This document shows, piece by piece, positions 39,108-48,862 of a DNA stretch of 52,755 nt. Under the pieces are notes generated by a model. The model was not told where the DNA came from and did not search any database. It worked only from the letters and a program-made list of their open reading frames with translations. Position 1 is the stretch's first letter, and every line of letters begins with the position of its first letter. Source of the stretch: a virus (Duplodnaviria > Caudoviricetes); IMG/VR virus record IMGVR_UViG_3300030406_006533, positions 1 through 52,755 of that record. One strand, given 5' to 3'. The position numbers were made by a program, and so were the translations under genes.

Positions 39108-41413
39108 TAGTAACCACCTCCATATCCACCACCACCTGATGGAGGAGCACTTGGTGGTGGACTGCTTGGTGGTGGAGTACTTGGTGGTGGAGTTTGCGTG
39201 GTTGTATTATTTGTCATAGTTGATGTTGGAGTTATTGTTGGTTGATCTGAAGTAACTACTTGCGTAGTTGTAGATGCGACACCTATCACAGATGGTGTGA
39301 AACTTTGTTCTGGTGTATCGTAAATTATTTCATGTGGAGATGAAGTGTGTGCTATACCTACCATCTTCACACCCTTTGTTGGATGTATGTGATAAGGACC
39401 ATAATATGGTTTACCATTTACATATCCAACCAAATTATTTGTTTCAGGTCCTACACAATCAATTACCTGTATCACTTCACCTTGTGGGGTAAGTGGTAAT
39501 CTACCTATAATTGGTTTAATAAGTGCTCCGACACCTGTGGATGAAGACACAATAATTTTAGGTATTTCAGTAACCTTAACGTTATTTATTGGACTCGCAG
39601 ATATGATTACACCATTATCAATAGTTAAATTATATCCATCTGCAAACGCATCAACATATCCCTGTCCACCATCTACTACTCTAGTGCCAATAACACCGAC
39701 AGGAATTTCATCTGAATTAACAACTTCATCAGTATCAGAACTCGGATAATTTTCACCTTCAGAAATCATATCAACAGCAATAATTTGTCCATAAGTATCT
39801 GAATTTGGATCATAATCAATAACAGCTCTTCCAACCGCACCATATCCTTGTCTACATGGATCCTCAAAACTAACAACAGGAGGAGTTGTAAAATATGTTG
39901 AACCTGGATCTGTAATCTCAACACCAATAATACTTGCAGTTCGACTTACATCTGCAGTAACATCAGATAATCCCTCTGTGTTATCTACAATACCACCTAA
40001 TATGACTCGACCAAATCCACCAATACCATCTCCACCAAAGAATCTAACAGTTGGAGGACCACAAAAAGTTCTAGACGCACAATCTGGTTTTGTTAGAGGA
40101 CCACTATCAGCTCCAAGTGTATCTGCAATATTCATATTTCTCAAAACATTATCATAAGTATTCTGTAAATCAAAAGTTCTTGCAGGACCATATCCAAGAG
40201 TATATTTTTTAACTTGACCCATACATTTACCATCACTTTGATTACAATCTAATACTCCACCAATCGATTTAAATACATCAGAACTACTTCGAAGAAAATC
40301 CTGAACTTTAAAACTTTTTGGAACAATCTCACTTAATCCCTCAAGTGGTGCATCAAGAGCCGATGATATATCATTTGTAATCCCATTTAATAATGAACCA
40401 GCTAATTGCTCAGTAATACATGTTCCTGTATCCACCACTTCAAGAACAGCTGATGTTATCAAATCTCGAATTGTTTGTCCTAATCCATTAACGACTTTAC
40501 CACTTAAACAATTAAGATCATTTTGAAGTGATGCGACTTTTGATACTTGTCCTTTTTGTGCTTCGATACCAGCCAATTTTGCTAAACTACTATTTTGAGT
40601 GGCTGCAAACACAGCACCATACGTCCTATTGTATAGTGCATCTAATCCTCCCTGCAATTCAGGAATCATACCCGAATACAAAGATTCCATCATTGTTGAT
40701 ACTGCACTATTTGATAAATTTTGTATTTTTTTAGTTACGTTGGCAACATCTGATAAAAAGTCTGTGCTTTCACTCGTAACTGATAATAAATTATCTAAAC
40801 TTGCAGATACTTTCCCTATAAAGTTGTCAGCACAAGAGTCAGCAGGTATCGATGACTTTCCAAGAGTAGATGATGCTGATATTTTGTCCTCTCCTGCACT
40901 TACTTTTCTTGTAACGGGAGATTCTTGTGCGGTTGTTTCTTTGCTACCAGACTCATTTGCTTTTAGTGTTCCATTTGGTGCTGGTATTTTATCAGTATAC
41001 CCTGTAAATGGTACAAAGCCAATCGATTCAGATGGTAAACTTTGCGGAACATCACTTGTTCTTGAAAAAGCACCTAATATTACGGGTTGTTGTGCTGTTT
41101 CACCGTCAAGAAAAAATCCAATTACAACATCACCTGGTCTTAATGCAACAGATGCTGTAAAATTTGCTCCACCTGTACCTGATGTAGAGGGAAGCATAAT
41201 ATTTGCCCAAGGTAAATCCTCATCTGCTAAGTCTGCTTTCGAAAAGGGATGATATCCCATAATACGGACTTTTAATCGATTACCCCACGAGCTTCCGCCA
41301 TCTTTTGGTGCAAGTTGTTCACCTTGTACTGTTGATGGTGCGACTTGTCCTACCCACCAACGAAAACCATCCTTTCCTACAAAATTACTTTTTAATAGTG
41401 CCTCATCTATCAT
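39107..41413 (-). CDS. gp5: Baseplate hub subunit gp5-like (OB-fold N-terminus), no T4 lysozyme domain seen
   Basis: GKDGFRWWVGQV...RLKVRIMGYH....L.DEDLPWA...P.......GD.V.GFFLDGE.AQQPVILG is the gp5 OB-fold signature. Confidence 0.85.
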   Translation of the reverse strand: MIDEALLKSNFVGKDGFRWWVGQVAPSTVQGEQLAPKDGGSSWGNRLKVRIMGYHPFSKADLADEDLPWANIMLPSTSGTGGANFTASVALRPGDVVIGFFLDGETAQQPVILGAFSRTSDVPQSLPSESIGFVPFTGYTDKIPAPNGTLKANESGSKETTAQESPVTRKVSAGEDKISASSTLGKSSIPADSCADNFIGKVSASLDNLLSVTSESTDFLSDVANVTKKIQNLSNSAVSTMMESLYSGMIPELQGGLDALYNRTYGAVFAATQNSSLAKLAGIEAQKGQVSKVASLQNDLNCLSGKVVNGLGQTIRDLITSAVLEVVDTGTCITEQLAGSLLNGITNDISSALDAPLEGLSEIVPKSFKVQDFLRSSSDVFKSIGGVLDCNQSDGKCMGQVKKYTLGYGPARTFDLQNTYDNVLRNMNIADTLGADSGPLTKPDCASRTFCGPPTVRFFGGDGIGGFGRVILGGIVDNTEGLSDVTADVSRTASIIGVEITDPGSTYFTTPPVVSFEDPCRQGYGAVGRAVIDYDPNSDTYGQIIAVDMISEGENYPSSDTDEVVNSDEIPVGVIGTRVVDGGQGYVDAFADGYNLTIDNGVIISASPINNVKVTEIPKIIVSSSTGVGALIKPIIGRLPLTPQGEVIQVIDCVGPETNNLVGYVNGKPYYGPYHIHPTKGVKMVGIAHTSSPHEIIYDTPEQSFTPSVIGVASTTTQVVTSDQPTITPTSTMTNNTTTQTPPPSTPPPSSPPPSAPPSGGGGYGGGY

Positions 41414-42750
41414 GATTGACCTCCATATAATCCAAATGTATCTCTTACTAATGTCATAGAGGTAAATGATCTCTTTGCCTCAAAATGATGACACAATTCT
41501 TTAATCATATACTTACCACTTGTTTCTTGATCAATCTCATTTTTATCTTCTCTTGATATCTTTGGAAATTCACAAGTAATAATATCTCCAGCTTTTAAGT
41601 CTGTATTACAAGGAACCATCATACTTATATTTTGTGTCATTAGTAAATTGTATCTAACAATATTCTGTCCTTGATATTCTTCAGGAGAATAATTAGTATC
41701 GGTAGATACACCCACCGTTGCACCGACATCAACAATTTGTGATACGGTTCTTGTTGGAAGTTGATCTAATGTTAAATTAGAATCATCAGATATTTTGGGT
41801 AATTCTAAATCTTTACCAAGATTTTTTATACCTTCCTTTGCTCCATAATTGTATTTTGTCTGTGAAAAAGTAAAAGTTAAAGGATTGAATGCTAATCTCA
41901 CAAATGAATACGTTCCCATTCTTAAATTTTCAATTAAATTTTGATTTTTATCTACAGTATATTTTAGAATTTTATAATCATTATTTCGAGTTATTGAACT
42001 TTCATTCGCATCTGTATAAGTATATGTCGCTTTCGAAGGTTCTTTAATTAAGGAGTCAATAGATGCAAATTTAAATCCATCTTGATTTTGAAAAAACACA
42101 AATCCAGCTGTCGCATTTTTTGAAACATCAGGAACTGATTTAGATGCTAATGAGATTAATGTTGAAAAAGGTTTTCTAAGATTACCCACAAAATCATAAG
42201 ATCCCCTTGTATTTTCCACACTATATCTTGATTCATCTATCTTTAAAACATCTTTTAATATTTTAGTCACAGAACCACTGATTGGTCCATTATATCTTTT
42301 CATAACTCTGGTGGTTTCATTTGCAATTGCCTCTCTTGAGACTAAGTTAAGTAAAAAACTTTCTCTTTGTGTTTCCTGAAGAACTTGAGTAATACTCGAT
42401 ACAAACAAATATTTTTTAGGATCAGATGAAAAGTCAAGTCCAGTTTTTTCCTCTTTATTAAATGTTTTACCTTGATCTATTATTTTCATCACTAATCTCT
42501 CACCACCTCGAAGAGGAAGTCCATTGTAGATAGACTGTTTTGGACCATCCGTTTTCTTTGGATCAATAGGATTTTTGGGTGAAATACTATCACCAGTGTT
42601 TATAACTCTTATTTTTGCAGTTACAGTTGGTGAGAGAATATCCTCATAATAATCAACACTAACAATACCAGACCTTAAATCAGCGGTTCTCTCCTGGTCA
42701 TTTGACTCAAGTGTAAGTTCTTCAAAACTGGCTGCTTCTGATGCTGACAT
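41410..42750 (-). CDS. Baseplate hub protein (gp27/gpD-like)
   Basis: YYEDILSP.VTA, GF.FF....GF.F.SID.L, VP.N..L.AGD.I...FP.....SGKY.I..LCHHF motifs; immediately upstream of gp5. Confidence 0.65.
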   Translation of the reverse strand: MSASEAASFEELTLESNDQERTADLRSGIVSVDYYEDILSPTVTAKIRVINTGDSISPKNPIDPKKTDGPKQSIYNGLPLRGGERLVMKIIDQGKTFNKEEKTGLDFSSDPKKYLFVSSITQVLQETQRESFLLNLVSREAIANETTRVMKRYNGPISGSVTKILKDVLKIDESRYSVENTRGSYDFVGNLRKPFSTLISLASKSVPDVSKNATAGFVFFQNQDGFKFASIDSLIKEPSKATYTYTDANESSITRNNDYKILKYTVDKNQNLIENLRMGTYSFVRLAFNPLTFTFSQTKYNYGAKEGIKNLGKDLELPKISDDSNLTLDQLPTRTVSQIVDVGATVGVSTDTNYSPEEYQGQNIVRYNLLMTQNISMMVPCNTDLKAGDIITCEFPKISREDKNEIDQETSGKYMIKELCHHFEAKRSFTSMTLVRDTFGLYGGQS

Positions 42751-42753
42751 ATG

Positions 42754-43917
42754 TTAAAATAGAGATAAGGCGAATTGATCCTTGATGCTGTTATCCTTTT
42801 GAACTATAATCTTAGTTCTACTCTTAGATCCCATTCCCCCTTGTGATTGAGACTGACCACCTTTATTTCCAACAATCATTACAGTATTTTTAGATTTTCT
42901 TTCTGGTGTGATTGAGGTCGTACTCACTGTTTTTTTAGGTTTACTTATATTTAACGCATCACCAGATTTTGTAACTGAACTGTTTACTGTAGAACCAGAT
43001 GTTCCTCCACTCTTTGTGGAACTTTCAATTTTTTCAGATTCACCAGAAGACCCACCAGAAGATCCTTCTATTTTTAAATTTGTAGGTTTTCCATCACTTT
43101 CTTTGGTGACAGTTGATTGAACTTGCTCAGTTAAATTAGAATTTTCAGGTCCCACAATATCAACACCTGTTCCTGCTTTTTCAATTGTTTTTATTGTATC
43201 ATTAAATTCCTCAGATTTTGATGCCATTGTTCTTTGAACATCACCAACACTTGATTTAAGTTCCTTGTCCTTTAAATCTTTATCTGTCAATTCTCTATTG
43301 ATTTCTTTTTTTACTTTTTTCTTCTTCAATCCAAGAAACCTCTTAACACCATCTAAAAGTTTATCCTTTATACCATTAAGTGCATCTTTTAGTTTTCCAA
43401 ATACTCCCTTAATTTTATCTCCAATATTATTAAAATTTAAGTTTGATATAACATCGAAAGCTTTTCCAATAACCTTACCAATAGATTTAAAAAATCCAAT
43501 CACACCATCAAAAAATGTTTTAAATTTATCTACAATATCACGAATTACTTTGATTACTTTTTTAATAAAATCAATAATCTGAGGTAATTTATTAAGTACA
43601 AATCCAACCAAAAGTATTTGAATGAGTGACATTAATCTTTCTAATGGTCCTTTTCCAGAAGTTCCTGTTGTTTTTTGTTGTTCTCCTTTTCTTTGAGATT
43701 TTTCTTGTTCTAATAGAGATTCTTTTTCCTGTCTTTTTTTCTTCTCTTCTCTATATTTTTGAAACCTTTCAGAGGTTGCTCTCAGTCTTTTCTTAATTTT
43801 AATATTTTTCTGCACAGACTTTGTTAATCTCTTACTACTTTTAGCGACACCCTTCATCGCACCTGCAGATTTAGATGCTATTTTTGCTCCGATTTGTAAA
43901 ACTGCTGATGCTGCCAT
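42754..43917 (-). CDS. Hypothetical Lys-rich helical baseplate/tape-measure-like protein (387 aa)
   Basis: Coiled-coil and amphipathic FxxIGK repeats, one hydrophobic segment; in the hub cluster. Confidence 0.6.
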   Translation of the reverse strand: MAASAVLQIGAKIASKSAGAMKGVAKSSKRLTKSVQKNIKIKKRLRATSERFQKYREEKKKRQEKESLLEQEKSQRKGEQQKTTGTSGKGPLERLMSLIQILLVGFVLNKLPQIIDFIKKVIKVIRDIVDKFKTFFDGVIGFFKSIGKVIGKAFDVISNLNFNNIGDKIKGVFGKLKDALNGIKDKLLDGVKRFLGLKKKKVKKEINRELTDKDLKDKELKSSVGDVQRTMASKSEEFNDTIKTIEKAGTGVDIVGPENSNLTEQVQSTVTKESDGKPTNLKIEGSSGGSSGESEKIESSTKSGGTSGSTVNSSVTKSGDALNISKPKKTVSTTSITPERKSKNTVMIVGNKGGQSQSQGGMGSKSRTKIIVQKDNSIKDQFALSLF

Positions 43918-43918
43918 A

Positions 43919-45274
43919 TTATACTAAAATATTATATTGAGTTTGTGAGTATAATGTGAAATTATTATCAGAGTTTGATGCAGATATATTTGGAATTGAA
44001 GTTGCCAGATTTCCACTACCAGACGTTCCAACTGAACCACCACTCACATTCGTAGTCGCATCCACAATATTTGGAGGTGCTTCATTAAGTGTGGAGACAC
44101 TTACTTTTTTATTAGGGTTAGAATTTATTTTAGGAGATGTCGTCATACCATTAATTTGTAATTCATACTTATCTCTTATTTCTTTTTTTTCTTTAGCCAT
44201 TGCGTCACTGAATGTACCATCTCTTAAAGACTTTGTACTAGCCGTTTCTCTCAATTTACTCTCCGCTGCTTCCATATCACTTCTCATATTATCTCTTATA
44301 CCTATTACTTTATCTCTTTTCATAATATAATTTGCGACTATTTCTTTTTGTTCGGGTGTTCCTGCTTTTTCTACAGTTTTTTTACTCGAAGATCCACCTT
44401 GACTCTTTGTATCCCCAACATAAAATTTTTCATCTTTACCTGTGCCTTTTACTGTAATACCTGCTTCTGTTAGAGGACCTTTAAGATCATCAAATTTTTG
44501 CTGAAATTTACTACCACCAGCGAGTTTGGTTGAAGCAGAGTCAACACCCTTTTTCATAGCAAACAACACACCAACTCCCGCTGCCAATCCAAGCGCAATT
44601 AATCCTGCTGGACTTGCCATAAACGCCATCATGGCTCCACCAATTTTAATTACAGCAGCTATAACTCCAGATATAATGCCAGGTAATGCCAATAGACCAC
44701 CATTTAAAGCAAGAAATATACCACCAACCACTGCGACTGACTTAATTATAGTATTTCTCATCTTTTTGAAGGTTTCAGTATCACCAGACATATATGCCTG
44801 AATCATTTTAATTCCTTTATTTGCTATAAATCCACCAAAAAGCAACATAAAAGCATCAGCTAATCTACCTAATACACCCTTAACAGTTTTACCAACTGCC
44901 TCTACAGGTTTAAGCAGAGTTTTACTTATCGATTTACCAACACCTTCTAATAATCCCTCTTTCTTTTTAGATTTATCTTTTTCATCCTGCAATATCTGTT
45001 TTCTTTGTGCTTCTCTTTGTATTGACTTTTCTCTCTCAGCGTCATTTACTAATATCTGAGAAACTCGATTAGTATTTAATATAACGACATTTTTTAATAA
45101 TACTATTTCTCTTGAGTTTTTTTGTATTTGCTTGGCAAGAGGATCTGATCCCTCTCTATTAAAAACTTTATTTGCACTTATCTTTCTTCTCTTTAAAATA
45201 GGGCTACCACCAACACCACCTCGCATTGAAGTCATCTTATTGTTAAAATTTTCATATGCAGGAGAGTTATCCAT
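43919..45274 (-). CDS. Hypothetical helical baseplate/tape-measure-like protein with hydrophobic segments (451 aa)
   Basis: Long Gly/Ala hydrophobic stretches flanked by coiled coils; follows gp51. Confidence 0.6.
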   Translation of the reverse strand: MDNSPAYENFNNKMTSMRGGVGGSPILKRRKISANKVFNREGSDPLAKQIQKNSREIVLLKNVVILNTNRVSQILVNDAEREKSIQREAQRKQILQDEKDKSKKKEGLLEGVGKSISKTLLKPVEAVGKTVKGVLGRLADAFMLLFGGFIANKGIKMIQAYMSGDTETFKKMRNTIIKSVAVVGGIFLALNGGLLALPGIISGVIAAVIKIGGAMMAFMASPAGLIALGLAAGVGVLFAMKKGVDSASTKLAGGSKFQQKFDDLKGPLTEAGITVKGTGKDEKFYVGDTKSQGGSSSKKTVEKAGTPEQKEIVANYIMKRDKVIGIRDNMRSDMEAAESKLRETASTKSLRDGTFSDAMAKEKKEIRDKYELQINGMTTSPKINSNPNKKVSVSTLNEAPPNIVDATTNVSGGSVGTSGSGNLATSIPNISASNSDNNFTLYSQTQYNILV

Positions 45275-45446
45275 TACCTTGTTGTCTTTGTTTTAAATTT
45301 TCTTCCTCAATATATTGTTCCAAAAGAGCAATATATACATCTTTTTCCCATGGTATCATGTTTTCAATCTCAGTTAATGAATATTTATGGTGTTGCATCA
45401 AGGCAAAGTTAATTTTATAGTATGACTCTAAACTTGCGTGAGCCAT
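45267..45446 (-). CDS. gp51: Baseplate hub assembly catalyst gp51 (59 aa; absent from the ORF track)
   Basis: Manual translation MAHASLESYYKINFALMQHHKYSLTEIENMIPWEKDVYIALLEQYIEEENLKQRQQGNG*. Confidence 0.88.
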   Translation of the reverse strand: MAHASLESYYKINFALMQHHKYSLTEIENMIPWEKDVYIALLEQYIEEENLKQRQQGNG

Positions 45447-45448
45447 AC

Positions 45449-46168
45449 CTACTCGAAAAAAGACGATAACCCTTCTAAAACGATATCACTTTTAACCTTT
45501 GTCTCTGGATTCGTCACTTTAACGGTATGAGACAATTTAGGCATGGTATCAAAGAAATTTTCAATCTCTTTAAATTGCTTTGAATTTAATTGATCTAGAA
45601 ACTCAACCATTTCCTTTTTTGTGCAATCTGCAGATGTCCAAGATTCCTCCTCATTATAGATTTGATCAATACATGAAATAATTAAATCAAATGACTCTTC
45701 AACCCCAATATTACCAGTCAAATCAAAATTACTTTTTATAAATTCTGATAATGAGGGGTATTTCATTCTTAATACTAAATTATCATCCAATTTTATATCT
45801 TTATTGTGATCAGGATGTTTTTGAACTTTAATTTCATCAAGTGGAATCATCACAGGAACCTGTGTTTTTTCATCATCAGGACATGTAATAAGAACTTCTA
45901 CATTCTCACCAACAGATTTTCCCCTTATATTTAAGAATAGATATTCAATATCAAAGGTGGATAATTTATCAACTTTGATCCCTCTTGTTAATATACAGTT
46001 ATTAATTACAGATTTGATAGCATTCGTTATCTGTTTCTGATCTTCAGATTCCATTGCAATAATCAATATTTTCTCTTCTTTAACTAAAAATGGTCGATAT
46101 TTTATTTTTCGATCAGAAGAAGGAAGAACCAACTCATATGTCGGTGTTGCAATTTTTGGTAATGGCAT
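45449..46168 (-). CDS. gp26: Baseplate hub subunit gp26
   Basis: MPLPKI.TPTYEL.LPS....IKYRPFLVKEEKIL...FDIEYLFL.IRGKSVGE...LEGLSSFF. Confidence 0.92.
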   Translation of the reverse strand: MPLPKIATPTYELVLPSSDRKIKYRPFLVKEEKILIIAMESEDQKQITNAIKSVINNCILTRGIKVDKLSTFDIEYLFLNIRGKSVGENVEVLITCPDDEKTQVPVMIPLDEIKVQKHPDHNKDIKLDDNLVLRMKYPSLSEFIKSNFDLTGNIGVEESFDLIISCIDQIYNEEESWTSADCTKKEMVEFLDQLNSKQFKEIENFFDTMPKLSHTVKVTNPETKVKSDIVLEGLSSFFE

Positions 46169-46193
46169 AATGTTTATAGCACTTCAGTATTTT

Positions 46194-46201
46194 TATTTAT
46201 A
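46194..46201 (-). promoter_or_regulatory. Consensus T4 late promoter TATAAATA for the gp26 operon
   Basis: Exact consensus 25 nt upstream of the ATG. Confidence 0.85.
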
Positions 46202-46227
46202 GGACTTTTTTGAAATCCTGACAGACT

Positions 46228-46262
46228 AAAAATTTTGGGGAATTTTTTTTCCCCGATTTTTG
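46228..46262. terminator. Hairpin GGGGAA-N6-TTCCCC (46237-46254) flanked by A/T tracts; possible terminator
   Basis: Perfect 6-bp stem in the intergenic space. Confidence 0.45.
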
Positions 46263-46283
46263 GAATTAAAAGTCAATTTTGGT

Positions 46284-46955
46284 TTAGACTGTTGCCTTTT
46301 CTATATTCTCACTCTTCTTTCTATTAAAAGAAAGACTTGTCTCCTCTCCTGCAATATACCTTTCATAACTAAACGTTACATTAGTTCTCAACACATCAGA
46401 ACTACCATACTGAACAGGAGTAGAAGAAAAGTTGATTGGGAACAACCCAAAGAAAGTGTACTCTATCTCTGAACGATAATCAACATTAAATTTTACAATT
46501 TTTGTCTTATCACACTTGTAACCTGCCGAACCTCTTGGATATCTCATTCGATAAAAATATCCCAAATCAGTTTTCTTTAAAGGTGATGCTGGTGACTTCT
46601 CTGATCCAGTTGCAACGTAATCTATCCAATGCTCAAAAAACTTTATCATTTTATAATCTTTATCAACGTAAAAATCAAGTGATAATTCTGTGAAGATTCT
46701 TGTATGTGCAAACTTTTCTTGAACTCCTGTAAAATTACCAAAAATATCAGTCGTTGCTAATGAACTACCAGGTATTGATGCTTGATTACAAAGCAATCCT
46801 GCATTTTCTGTTATAAACCTTCTATTTACTCCTTTAGTTCCAAGAAATTTAAAAAGGTCTTGTGATAATCCATCAAAAAACACCTGATAATGAGATGTTT
46901 GAGCTACATTAGTCAGTATTGGTTTGATATCAGCTATTTTCTTAGGACGAACCAT
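46284..46955 (-). CDS. Tail-tube-fold protein, probably gp54-like baseplate-tail tube initiator
   Basis: C..ASIPGSS..T, ..FYVD.DY....FFE.W..Y, .Y.F...FP......P..Y......V.F.Y pattern of the gp19/gp54 fold. Confidence 0.6.
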   Translation of the reverse strand: MVRPKKIADIKPILTNVAQTSHYQVFFDGLSQDLFKFLGTKGVNRRFITENAGLLCNQASIPGSSLATTDIFGNFTGVQEKFAHTRIFTELSLDFYVDKDYKMIKFFEHWIDYVATGSEKSPASPLKKTDLGYFYRMRYPRGSAGYKCDKTKIVKFNVDYRSEIEYTFFGLFPINFSSTPVQYGSSDVLRTNVTFSYERYIAGEETSLSFNRKKSENIEKATV

Positions 46956-46994
46956 CTAAATACTTTATATTTTGTCTTATTATCTATTTAGATG
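46953..46994. promoter_or_regulatory. Crossed divergent late promoters (CTAAATA on + at 46956-46962 and on - at 46985-46991)
   Basis: 10-bp inverted repeat CATCTAAATA...TATTTAGATG that includes both start codons. Confidence 0.75.
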
Positions 46995-47432
46995 TCATAT
47001 AAAGGTAGATATAGACCATCGAACCCAAAAAAATACAAAGGTGATTCATCTAACATAATATATCGATCACTTTGGGAAAGAAAATTCATGGTTTATTGTG
47101 ATAATCAAACTAAAATACTTGAATGGGGAAGTGAAGAAATAGTATTACCCTATCGATCACCGATTGATAATAAAGTGCATCGATACTATCCAGACTTTTA
47201 CATCAAAGTCAGAGAATCTAATGGTAAAATTAAAAGATATATTATCGAAATCAAACCCAAGAAACAGACAGTCGAACCAAAGATGAAAAAAAGAAAAACG
47301 AAGGGATATATTTACGAAGTCTATGAATATGCAAAAAATCAGGCAAAGTGGAAAGCAGCAGAAGAGTTTTGTAAGGATCGAATGTGGGAGTTTAAAGTAT
47401 TAACAGAAGACGAACTAGGTATTAAGAAATGA
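46992..47432 (+). CDS. gp4: Head completion nuclease gp4 (TnsA-like PD-(D/E)xK)
   Basis: YKG.Y.P.NP.KY.GD...IIYRS.WE..FM..CD....I.EWGSEE..I.Y....HRY.PDF...IE.KP. Confidence 0.92.
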   Translation: MSYKGRYRPSNPKKYKGDSSNIIYRSLWERKFMVYCDNQTKILEWGSEEIVLPYRSPIDNKVHRYYPDFYIKVRESNGKIKRYIIEIKPKKQTVEPKMKKRKTKGYIYEVYEYAKNQAKWKAAEEFCKDRMWEFKVLTEDELGIKK

Positions 47433-47806
47433 ACAGTTATCCCACCGATGATAAAGAAAATCGTGTAAGGTCGGTTGTAAATGGTCTGATTGGAACAGAA
47501 GAACCTGATGATATTATGATAGAATTAATGGATAATTTAAGCACAACAGTCACATCATCTCCAAGTGTTGGAAGATACTATGTATTTGTGTATAGTGCCA
47601 AAACTCCTAACATTCAATACGATTCAAATCCATTAGTCGCAGTCACTGATGTATTTGAATGGGGTTTTCGTGGTATCAATCTTCATGTGGGTCAATATCG
47701 TAATTACACATACAATGAACTGATTGGACAACTATATGAAGTTAACTCATATGAGTTATCTGATGTAAGAGAACTACCATTTGGAAAAATGCAGCTAAAT
47801 AGTTAA
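47429..47806 (+). CDS. Short gp2-like DNA end protector-related protein
   Basis: G.YY.F.Y.AK....YD..PLV......GFRGINLH resembles the gp2 core; follows gp4. Confidence 0.6.
   Translation: MNSYPTDDKENRVRSVVNGLIGTEEPDDIMIELMDNLSTTVTSSPSVGRYYVFVYSAKTPNIQYDSNPLVAVTDVFEWGFRGINLHVGQYRNYTYNELIGQLYEVNSYELSDVRELPFGKMQLNS
47795..47801 (+). promoter_or_regulatory. Late promoter CTAAATA for gp48
   Basis: 17 nt upstream of the ATG at 47819. Confidence 0.65.
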
Positions 47807-47818
47807 AAAAATATATAA

Positions 47819-48862
47819 ATGCCCAATTTTTACGAGGATTCTGCTTTACAAGCAAACGCAAATAAAATATTCGCAGAAGAGAAAAAATTTCCCTCCAGAG
47901 AGAGGGTGCTTAGAGCAGCCAAGTCTAATGAGAGGGGAAAAGTATCAAAAAATAGAAAATTTGGAGATTTTAGATATCCTGTTGCAAGAATTGAAAGTGA
48001 TAGTGATTACCTTGAAATCAAAGTTCTTGAATATCAACCACCAGGATTTGAAGCAAGTGGTACTGGACAATCTCTTCGAGTACAAACAAGTTCAGAGTCA
48101 ATAAAAAATAATGAAATTATATTAGGTCATATCTTTCTTCCAATTCCAGAAGCAATCACCGACTCAAATGGTGTGTCTTGGGGTGAGGATCGTTTGAATG
48201 GACTTGCCGCTACTGCTCTTGGAGTTTTTGGTGATGCAATGAGATCAAATACTGGTGGAGAAGCAATAAAAACACTAACCAGTGGGGCTGTAAATACAGC
48301 AGGTGGTTTATTGGGTGATGAAATGACGGCATCAGCGATTAATTCATCTCTCGCAGCTTCGGCGATCAATACCATTGTACCTAATGCAAATATACAAGGT
48401 ACTGGTGTTTTTACTAGACAGACAGGAGCAGTATTAAATCCGAACATGGAATTATTATTTAATGGTGTTCAGTTAAGAAGTTTCAGTTTTAGTTTTGATT
48501 TTGCACCCAGAGATGAAAATGAAAGTATTGTAATTAAAAAAATCATTCGTGCCTTCAAAAAAAGTTTAAATGCAAAAAATGGTTCAACTGGTGAAAATAA
48601 AGGTAGTGGACTCTTTATAAAATCACCAGATGTATTTCAACTAACTTATAAAACAGGTGGAAAAAATCATCAATTTCTTCATAAATTTAAACCAATGGCA
48701 CTGTTAAACATTGCAGTAAATTACACTGGTGCAGGAACGTATGCTACTTATGATAATACCGCACCCGTTCATACAAAAATTGATCTTACATTCCAAGAGT
48801 TGAATCCAATCTACTCTGAAGATTATGATACAGAAGAAGGTTTGGAGGGTACAGGATTCTAA
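47819..48862 (+). CDS. gp48: Baseplate tail tube cap gp48
   Basis: I.LP.P..I.D.N.V.W, NPN.ELLF.G..LR.F.F.F.FAPR...E, P....L.L.FQEL. Confidence 0.88.
   Translation: MPNFYEDSALQANANKIFAEEKKFPSRERVLRAAKSNERGKVSKNRKFGDFRYPVARIESDSDYLEIKVLEYQPPGFEASGTGQSLRVQTSSESIKNNEIILGHIFLPIPEAITDSNGVSWGEDRLNGLAATALGVFGDAMRSNTGGEAIKTLTSGAVNTAGGLLGDEMTASAINSSLAASAINTIVPNANIQGTGVFTRQTGAVLNPNMELLFNGVQLRSFSFSFDFAPRDENESIVIKKIIRAFKKSLNAKNGSTGENKGSGLFIKSPDVFQLTYKTGGKNHQFLHKFKPMALLNIAVNYTGAGTYATYDNTAPVHTKIDLTFQELNPIYSEDYDTEEGLEGTGF

Noticed and set aside
232-44801. Numerous 60-217 aa plus-strand ORFs in the track
   Set aside because: Antisense shadows of long minus-strand genes caused by codon bias and repeats (e.g. 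VPIPTLP mirrors GNVGIGT); no RBS or promoter support
46992-47432. gp4 as a transposase or homing endonuclease because of its TnsA-like fold
   Set aside because: Core T4-like head completion gene in normal synteny; no element ends
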